From positions 1 through 16,134 of the forward strand of contig NW_021825252.1 of the NCBI RefSeq assembly GCF_006345805.1: a DNA stretch of 16,134 nt, in the 5' to 3' direction. The translations under genes and the position numbers were made by a program. Below the pieces are notes generated by a model, which was not told the DNA's origin, did not search any database, and was given only the letters and a program-made list of their open reading frames with translations. Numbering within the stretch: position 1 is the stretch's first letter; the number at the start of each line of letters is the position of its first letter. Origin of the DNA: Octopus sinensis (lineage: Eukaryota). Below are positions 8,037 through 16,134 of the stretch, in pieces.

Positions 8037-8150
8037 TTATATATATATATATATTTATATATATTATATATATTATATATATATTTATATATATATATAT
8101 AATATATATGTATACATGTATATATATATATAATAAATATCTATATATAT
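7972..8150. repeat. Imperfect (TA)n microsatellite
   Basis: Direct reading. Confidence 0.95.
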
Positions 8151-8886
8151 AATACACACGCACACACAATATATGTGCACATTCATATATATTATATCAA
8201 AGTCAATGTCTTGTGTGTGTGTCTTTCTAGCTTGTAAGAAGATGAAATTTTATAAATATTACTTCATTTGTGTCTAATATCTATGGTTAAAATTTCATCA
8301 ACAGCCAAAATATATGAATTGTCATGGGGGTTGTGGCCATTATGCAAAGAATATAATTTCCAAATTTCGTAAAAATCAATTCAGTGCTTTTGACCTAGTT
8401 TTGATCATAAAAGAAATTACTAAAATTTGGCAGTTAAGGCCCCCATTAGGGTGTCTTAGAATCCTCATGAGAAGTGGAAACTTTGAGAACACTTCTTGAT
8501 GTGTGTCAATTACCCATGGTTGAAATTTCATCAACATCGCAAATTTATGAATTTTCATTGGGGTTCTTCCCCCTTTAAGCCATCTCAAATTCAAACCAAA
8601 CATATTGCATTATACTCACCCTTATACATTGAATCTAAGTTTCAAATATCATAAGGATCCATTCAGTAATTTTGGTCGATGAAATTATATAAAACACACA
8701 GCATTACCATTCTCCCTAGGCTTGGATTTTGTGTTCCAAATTTCATTAGGATCGGTGCAGCAATTTTCGAATATATAAGTAACACACAGACACACATAAA
8801 GACATTGACTTTGATATAATATATATGAATGTGCACATATATATATACATATATATGTGTGTGTGTGCGTGTGTATTATATATATA
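8142..8886. mobile_element. Non-autonomous TIR (MITE-like) element embedded in (TA)n
   Basis: Perfect 44-bp inverted repeat at 8169-8212 / 8799-8842 plus a second perfect 27-bp block at 8142-8168 / 8860-8886. Internal direct repeats at ~8266-8333 / ~8500-8567. No coding capacity. Confidence 0.8.
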
Positions 8887-9040
8887 TATGTATATTATAT
8901 ATATGTGTATATATATATGTATATAAATATATATATTGTATATATATATGCATATATATATATACATATATGTGTGTGATATATATGTGTGTATATATAT
9001 GTGGTGTATATATATGTATATATATGTATATGTATATATA

Positions 9041-9076
<36 letters not shown>

Positions 9077-9138
9077 TATATATATATAAGTATATATATA
9101 TATAAGTATATATATATATAAGTATATATATATATATA

Positions 9139-9186
<48 letters not shown>

Positions 9187-9202
9187 ATATGTGTGTGTGT
9201 GT
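8841..9202. repeat. Compound (TA)n/(TG)n microsatellite with short higher-order units
   Basis: Direct reading; includes three TATATATATATAAG-like units at ~9078-9125. Confidence 0.95.
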
Positions 9203-9265
9203 ATCATCATCATTGTTTAATGTCCGCTTTCTATGCCAGCCATAGAAAGCAAACGTTAAACGATA

Positions 9266-9300
<35 letters not shown>

Positions 9301-9315
9301 TATACATATATATAC

Positions 9316-10677
9316 GTGTATACGTGAACTCTAATGTTTGGAATGTTTACGTGACGGTGCGTTTACTAAACATTAGTAAGAATATTTGCAGTGTACTTTG
9401 TTAATATAATGCCACTTAGTCTGTTACCAATTCGTCAGCAGACTATTAAGCTTCGATGGAAGGATAATTTAAGTATTGGATCTATTGCAAAGATTGTTAA
9501 CAAGTCAAAAAGTGTTGTACACGGTATTCTTAAAGTCTACGATGATTGTGGTTCGTGTGAAGCAAGAAAGTTTACAGGTAGGCCAAGAAAAACGACTAAG
9601 AGAGAAGATCGTGCTATGGTAAAGTTTGTTAAAAAGGACATATTTAAAACTGCTGCTGCTGTTTCTCAGAAAATGAGCATTGTATTGAAGAAAACTTTAT
9701 CTCGAAAAACTGTGTCTCGTTGTTTAGTTGAACATGACCTACAAGCAATAGCACCTGCAGTGAAGCCATTGATCAGCTCTAAGAATAAAAGTGTCGACTT
9801 ACCTTTGCAACCGAACATGTGTTGTGGTCTCAAGAAAAATGGCAAACGGTGCATTTCAGTGATGAATCTAAGTTTATGTTATTTGGCTGAGATGGGAAAA
9901 GGTACGTTCGTAGAAAAGTAGGTGAAAAATTGTCGCCTAAATGCCTTAAGACAAGTGTTAAATTCGGTGGAGGAAGTGTCATGATTTGGGGGATGATATC
10001 TGGAGATGGTGTGGGCCCTTTGGTGCGATTACATGGAATGGTAAATGCAGGAGTTTATAAACAACTTGTAAAAGATCATGTCTTGCTTGTGCTGAGAAAT
10101 TCAATTAATCGACCACCCATATTCATGCAGGACAATGCCCCATGTCACAAGGCTAAAGTGGTCATGAACTTCCTCAAGGCTGAAAAAGGTTATTGTTATG
10201 GAATGTACTGCTCAAAGCCCAGATCTCAATCCTATTGAAAATGTATGGAATATTCTAGGAGAACGTTCGAAAGCCAGAAATCCTAAAACAACTGAGCAAT
10301 TATGGAATGCCCTTCAGGATGAATGGAATAAGATCACCCAGCAAGAAATTGAAAATTTAATTTCCTCATGCAATCGAAGATGTCAGAGTGTGATTGAAGC
10401 TAAATATTAAATAATTCCAGTATTCTCTGTCATTTTTGATTATTTTGTTATTTCTTCTACCGTTCTGATCATTTTGGCCGCCATGGGTTTTGCAGTAAAT
10501 CACTACATCATCCATAACTTTTGTATTATCCTCTCAAATTACTCCAACATCTCAGACAATAACAATTAATATTGTATTTATTGTCTGTGAAAATTATAGA
10601 ATATAAAAACTTTGATAAAAACTTATACTTACTTTTCTAACGAAAACAATGCCGTTCTGAACATTTTGCCGCAACTG
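9316..10677 (+). mobile_element. Tc1-family DNA transposon, 5'-truncated, right IR/DR end intact
   Basis: Carries a transposase pseudogene. The right end ...CATTTTGCCGCAACTG (10677) is followed by TA, i.e. a CAG-type terminus with a TA target. An inner direct repeat lies at 10460-10485. No matching left TIR was found; the 5' boundary is approximate. Confidence 0.85.
9409..10410 (+). pseudogene. Tc1 DD34E transposase pseudogene
   Basis: N-terminal HTH and GRPRKT motif, then FSDESKF (D at 9861), KFGGGSVMIWG, QDNAPCH, SPDLNPIEN, with exactly 34 residues between the second D and E after frame repair. Lesions: frameshift ~9787, TGA at 9888-9890, frameshift ~10187, and a C-terminus ending EAKY instead of the usual AKGGxTKY. 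Confidence 0.92.
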
Positions 10678-10679
10678 TA

Positions 10680-10720
<41 letters not shown>

Positions 10721-10724
10721 ATTA

Positions 10725-10768
<44 letters not shown>

Positions 10769-10785
10769 GTATATATATACATACA
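10678..10785. repeat. (TA)n/(TATG)n at the Tc1 right flank
   Basis: Direct reading. Confidence 0.95.
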
Positions 10786-11054
10786 CTGCTAAACACGCAG
10801 TTTTCGGCCACTGACATAATGTTATAGGTATGTTGTAAGAGTGGTCTGTTTGGCTTACTACTCTGGCTTCAACTGCATCTGAAAAATCTGGTATTGAGTC
10901 TGTCCATCTAAGATGGTTAGATGTAGTTCCTCTCTGGACAGATGGACAGAGATTAAAATACAAAATGATAAAGCAAGTGTTTAACAGTCAACCCCATAAA
11001 TTTGACCTTAAAAATGGTCTAAACACTTTGACTTTCACAGGAGTCTATACAGGG

Positions 11055-11086
<32 letters not shown>

Positions 11087-11431
11087 AACAAATATATATA
11101 CAAAATAAATATGTACAGTGATGATGATGATGATGATATATAAATGAAGCTGAAAACACACGCACACATATGAAACTAATAAAATGATGAAGATGGAGAG
11201 CCCCTTCCAATGTGGAAAGGGTCAGTTAAGTAACATTTACATATTTCCCGAAATATAAAAAGATGACTTTTGCCTTTCTACATTGTAAGAAGCTGTCAGT
11301 CTCCAATGACAAGGCTTCTAGCAAACCACAAGGCTCTTCAGTACATGTGTGTGTGTGTGTGTGTGACTATCTATGTATATGTAAGTATGCACACACACAC
11401 GCACACATGTCTGCATATATAGTTTTGTATG

Positions 11432-11478
<47 letters not shown>

Positions 11479-11830
11479 GTTTCTCAGTGTATTTGCTTTG
11501 TATGTTGTAATTAGCAATACTGTTAATTATAGCAGTTGCTTAATCACTAGACTGGAGGCAGATACAATACACACACACACTAAATATATTATATATATAT
11601 GTGTATGTATTATATTTATATATATATGTAAATACGCATCTATCTATGCACACAGAAAAAATTGTATGTACATTTATATATGTGTGTGTGTGTGTGTTTT
11701 ATGTGATCAAATACATAACAGCTTGTGTGCAAATTTCACACTACACACCCACACACGAGGCGTTAACGCCCACTTTTTCCTGCTATTTATAAATAAGCCT
11801 CATCAGTAGGGATTATCACATTTTTGCCAG

Positions 11831-11896
11831 TTCTTTCAACTGAACTCACAGACAGAAAGACTTCAGGCTGAAATTCAAACGCAATTATTGACTCAA
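11831..11896 (+). CDS. Candidate internal host exon (FFQLNSQTERLQAEIQTQLLTQ)
   Basis: Acceptor TTTTTGCCAG| and donor CAA|GTAAGT; 66 nt with only the phase-0 frame open. Protein not recognised. Confidence 0.5.
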
Positions 11897-12020
11897 GTAA
11901 GTACTTTTATGATAATTATCTTCATTAACGACTTCATTAACACATTTACAGTGTGAAATATTCCTTACAACTATTTCAAACGTAATTATGCTGTTATGTT
12001 GAAAATTGTTTTATTTTCAG

Positions 12021-12104
12021 GCAGTATTTTTCATACTAGAAACTGTTCAAACATTTCACAGAGTACATTATAAAGCAAACATTTCATTTCCAGAATTAAT
12101 ATAA
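12021..12104 (+). CDS. Candidate terminal coding exon (AVFFILETVQTFHRVHYKANISFPELI*)
   Basis: Acceptor TTTTATTTTCAG|G after a 124-nt GT-AG intron (11897-12020). Continues in frame from 11831-11896 to TAA at 12102-12104. Confidence 0.42.
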   Translation, partial: AVFFILETVQTFHRVHYKANISFPELI

Positions 12105-12509
12105 GGATAGTTTGGTTATGACAAGGTCAAAACTATTTGATGGAAATAAGGAAATGGAAATGTTCATCTAAGGATACAGCATTTTAAGTTGTTTCCAGTA
12201 GATTTCTAATTCTCAAGTGAAATTTAAAATTTGTAAATCAATTTTATGGATGTTAAATTGTTTTTTGTAAATTTAATGTTTTTCAAAGTTTAGTCAAGGG
12301 AGAAGGGTCTTACCGATGGCCCTTTATATTTCCAGGGTCTTCAAGAGTGGGGAATGGGAGAAAGACATTCTCAAAACAAGAGACCTAATATACATCAGAG
12401 AAATCCTCTGCTAAAAGGGCCAGGTGATGGTGTTGAAAAAGGTTATTGATTAAGTCTGAAACCCAGGGTGGCAACAAAAGGGTTTGAACTCAGATCACTA
12501 AGAACCACA

Positions 12510-12727
12510 TAAACCCTTTCATTAGCAACCCAGCTGAAACTGCTCTGAGTATAAATGTCTTATTTTCATAAGTTTTAAATTAAAATCTTCCACCAAAACT
12601 TAGTCACAATTTATGTTCCTAACTCTAACTCATAATACGAATTTATTTTACTAACTTCTTTGTTAATCCAAAGTAATTAAAAGAAACACAGATCATCTCA
12701 AAATAAATACAGTAGCGAAGGGGTTAA
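12510..12727. mobile_element. piggyBac-type MITE (~210 bp)
   Basis: Left TAAA|CCCTTTCATTAG (from 12514) and right GTAGCGAAGGGG|TTAA (to 12723): degenerate CCC..GGG TIRs with a TTAA-like target duplication. Confidence 0.6.
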
Positions 12728-12827
12728 ATACTACAAGGAATATTGTCAAATATATAATTCCATCAGACCACCACCTCAGATTGGCATTTTAATTATTGTC
12801 ACTAGCATAATAAAAATCAAAATAAAT

Positions 12828-12905
12828 CTCGGCAGGATTTGAATTCAGCACAAAGAGAATAAATACCACAAGGTATTAAGTCCATATGTTCTAAAGACTC
12901 TACTA
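12828..12905 (-). mobile_element. SINE family B head fragment
   Basis: CTCGGCAGGATTTGAATTCAG..AAATACCACAAGGTATT..GTCC..TAAAGACTCTAC is the reverse complement of the family B head. Confidence 0.5.
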
Positions 12906-13825
12906 ATTGATCTTTTTCTTTTTTCAATCAATGAAATTCTTTAAAACTGATTTTTGATTTTAATATTAAACTTTGTATATAAATGGAATTGTTCTGGTGA
13001 TTTCATTTCTATTTTAATCTTGAAGCAAAAAGAAGAATTGTTTAATATTAAACAATTTGGTGACAACATATATTTTCTCTCTCAGCACATCTTCATCCTA
13101 CATCAACATTTTAATGTGCAATGCATTAAATATGTTTTCTCACCATCTTCGATATTATTTATCAGATGGATGGCTTCTGAGAATTACTTCACATTGTCTG
13201 CAATTATTATAAACTCTATTACAAAACCAACAACAAAGACCCAAAAATGCCCCTAAAAACATGTTAGATAATAACAACTTATGGGTGGGGTCATGGCTAG
13301 AAAGTCTGACCATAGGGTGATTAGATAAGAATTTTCTTTCAGTTAAACATCAACAACAGAAGCCATAATTTTAATTGATTTTAAACAAATATATTTGTTA
13401 CATTTCAAATATAATTTTTATAAAAATAATTTTAATATTTCAACTTTATAAATTGTATTCTGACATTATAAAAGTTAAACATCCTATTAAATTTTAAAAG
13501 ATTATAGTTTTGATATATTTTTATAAATTACATTTAAATATTGTATTTGAAGGAATAATCTATGTTATAATTTGGTAAATTTAGAAATATTCTTGGAGAT
13601 TTCTGTGGAATTATCAGCTTGGTTGAGAAATAGAATAGCGAGGGGATTTTTTATTTTTATAAATTGTAGATTTGTGGATGAGAAAGACATGAATAATAAT
13701 TGAACAGAGGGTGTGTCATTTATAGAGATAGGTTAACAGACTAAATGGTGGTGGTCGTGGTGGTAGAAAGATTTCAAGTTATGAATGTAATGTGTGGCTG
13801 ATGTGTTTTACTCCTTTAGTTATTG

Positions 13826-13910
13826 AACCATGGCCATGCTGGAGCATTGCCTTTATGTATTTAACTGATCGTATTATCACTGGTATTTCTTTTTAAATCC
13901 GGTACATATT
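13826..13910 (-). mobile_element. SINE family A old tail fragment
   Basis: GGCCATGCTGGAGCATTGCCTTTA matches 7600-7625. Confidence 0.5.
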
Positions 13911-14016
13911 TTAACTAAACGGAAATAAAAATAGAATAAATAAATTTATTTTTAATAAATTCAAAATAACACAATGATTGTGATGGTGATGTTGATGATG
14001 ATGAAGGTGATAATGC

Positions 14017-14047
<31 letters not shown>

Positions 14048-14338
14048 GTAAGTATTTGCATCCAGACTGAAGAAAGTGAAATTTATACAGAACAATGCAT
14101 ATTCATTAGAAAAACCACAGTTTCTAAGGGTTTTAAAAGCAAAACCCTTGAGATGACCCTGAATCTGTAAATGAATGTGTTATCAGTTTGCAAAGAGGTT
14201 TCAATTATATTTATTTTTGTCTAAAGGCAGCTTAGCCATTGTGACACAAAAGCAGATTGTTAGATGTTGAGAGGGAGGGAGGGGAAAGGAAATCAAAAGA
14301 ACAACAAGGATCAAATGATTTCAGAGTGATTATTTGAC

Positions 14339-14339
<1 letters not shown>

Positions 14340-14409
<70 letters not shown>

Positions 14410-14416
14410 AGAGAGA
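14340..14416. repeat. (GA)n microsatellite
   Basis: Direct reading. Confidence 0.95.
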
Positions 14417-14693
14417 AAGGAAAGAATATTTACGAAATATATTATATTTTTAATAAATGACAGCTGAAACTAATGAATAAGATGATGATGGTGATGAGAG
14501 TGGGGTGTTTTTTGTGTGGCGGTGGTGGTGGGGATGTGAATACTTGCATTTTGGGGACCAATGTGTAAACAAAACCTTGAGTTGTTGAGTAAATGTAAAT
14601 GAATGCTTTATCAGTTGGAAACAACTGGAATTATTTCAAAATGGATTTTAGACTCTTAAGAGGGAGGAAGTGAAAATCAAATCCAAATAACAA

Positions 14694-15051
14694 CAGGAGT
14701 GTCTTTGTGATAAGAGGCTTGCTTCCCAACTACATGGTTCCAGGTTCAGTCCCACTGGTGGCACCTGAGCAAGTGTCATCTACTATAACCAAAGCTTTGT
14801 GAGTGGCTTTGGTAGACAGAAACAGAAAGAAGTCCACCCTGAAGGTATGAGTGTGTGTTTGTGTATATATGTATGTATGTATATATATATATATAATATA
14901 TATATATTATATATATATGTGTGTGTGTTGTGTGTGTGTGTGTGTGGTTGATAAATATATGAGTGCAATTATGAAGGTGTTTAATCTGTTCTAGTGCATG
15001 TGTGTTTGTGTGTGTGTGTGTGTGTATATATATATTATATATAGATAAATA

Positions 15052-15086
<35 letters not shown>

Positions 15087-15420
15087 TAGAGTTAAACGCG
15101 GGTGTTGTTCAAATTCTTTTACTTCCTGGTACCTGTTTATGTATGTTTTCTGTGTTAATTGTTAACAAGGAAAAATACACATTCATTTATATATATATAT
15201 ATATATATGATTGTGCATCTGTGACTGTCCACCCTCACCATCGTTTGAGAACCAGTGTTGCTTTGTTTACACACCTATAACTTAGCAGTTCAGCAAAAAA
15301 GACCAATAGAAAAATACAAAGCTTACAAAGAGTAAGTCCTCGGATCGATTTCGTCTATTAAAGGTGGTGCTCCAGCATGACCACATTCAAATTACTGAAA
15401 CAAGTAAAGGAATAAGAGAA
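14694..15420 (+). mobile_element. SINE family A copy split by an expanded internal simple-repeat region
   Basis: Head at 14694-14835 (GGTTCCAGGTTCAGTCCCACTG) and tail at ~15210-15420 (TAAAGGTGGTGCTCCAGCATGACC..CTGAAACAAGTAAAGG), separated by ~370 nt of (TA)/(TG)/(GATA) and other sequence. Confidence 0.75.
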
Positions 15421-15774
15421 TACATATACATATGTGCACACATACATATAAGTTAGTTCCTGGGAGATTATTTGCAGAGAAACCCAACCTGAGCTCTGGG
15501 CTGTTGGATTCCAGACCAATACCAAAATTCTTCAAGCATAAGAAATGCCGGTTTCACAACAGTAACACCATAGTTATGTTACACAGACATATACACAGAT
15601 ATATATATATATATATACATACATGTGTATATATAAACATGTGAGTGTGTATGTGTATATATATACACACATATATATACATACGTATATAAAAATAAGC
15701 ATATCTATATAAATGTGTGAGTATTTATGAGAAGGTTGTATGTTATTTCAGGAAAATTTCTTTATTATTTCTAA

Positions 15775-16081
15775 CAAGACTATGGCTATGCTGGAGCACT
15801 GCCTTTAATTGAGCAAATCGACCCCAGTATTTTTTCTTTGTAAGCCTAGTACTTATTCTATCAGTCTCTTTTGCTAAACTGCTAAGCTATGGGGGACATA
15901 TACACACACATACATATATATAGAGAATGGGCTTCTTTCAGTTTCCATCTACCAAATCTACTTACAAGGCTTTGGTTGGCCCCAGGCTATAGTAGAAGTC
16001 ACTTGTGCAAGGTGCCACACAGAGGGACTGAACCCAGAGCCATGTGGTTGGTAAGCAATCTACTTACTACACAGCCGCTCC
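15775..16081 (-). mobile_element. SINE family A copy with internal deletion
   Basis: Colinear with 7561-7965 (GCTGGAGCACTGCCTTTA, TACTTATTCTATC, GGACTGAACCC) but lacks the segment equivalent to ~7720-7765. Confidence 0.85.
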
Positions 16082-16134
16082 CACACCAATACACACATAG
16101 AAATGTATATACACACCATGTACATATGTGTATA

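Noticed and set aside
6656-9307. Long Tyr/Ile-rich ORFs in the ORF track (also at 3150-3410, 10594-10782, 11498-11809, 14783-14968)
   Set aside because: They are translations of (TA)n/(TG)n microsatellites, which lack stop codons.
9391-9408. GTG start extending the Tc1 ORF
   Set aside because: ATG at 9409 is the expected eukaryotic start.
11290-11341. Minus-strand CTGAAGAG near GACAGC
   Set aside because: No paired stem II closing onto GAAA; the core is incomplete.
14126-14149. 9-bp hairpin AAGGGTTTT/AAAACCCTT
   Set aside because: Absent from the duplicated copy at ~14570 and expected by chance in AT-rich DNA.

Overview
AT-rich eukaryotic intronic/intergenic DNA, dense in transposon relics and (TA)n/(GT)n/(GA)n microsatellites. 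The repeat families look like those I recall from octopus (coleoid cephalopod) genomes; this is an inference, not a search result. No intact protein-coding gene is present and most of the ORF track is translated microsatellite. Supported features: a frameshifted Tc1 (DD34E) transposon with only its right IR/DR end (~9316-10677), a decayed mariner transposase (minus, ~4200-5142), the 3' end of an RTE LINE with a hairpin-repeat 3' UTR (5508-6291), several copies of two tRNA-derived SINE families, a piggyBac-type MITE, a Helitron-like end, a 44-bp perfect-TIR element embedded in (TA)n, and a few candidate host exons (best pair 11831-11896 + 12021-12104). The most interesting signal is two diverged, oppositely oriented copies (3408-3864 minus, 7057-7508 plus) of a ~450-nt non-coding element. 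Each begins with a Penelope-type minimal type I hammerhead ribozyme (CUGAnGA...GAAAC-AGCU-GUH) with an unusually long 85-91 nt stem II and ends in a covarying hairpin.
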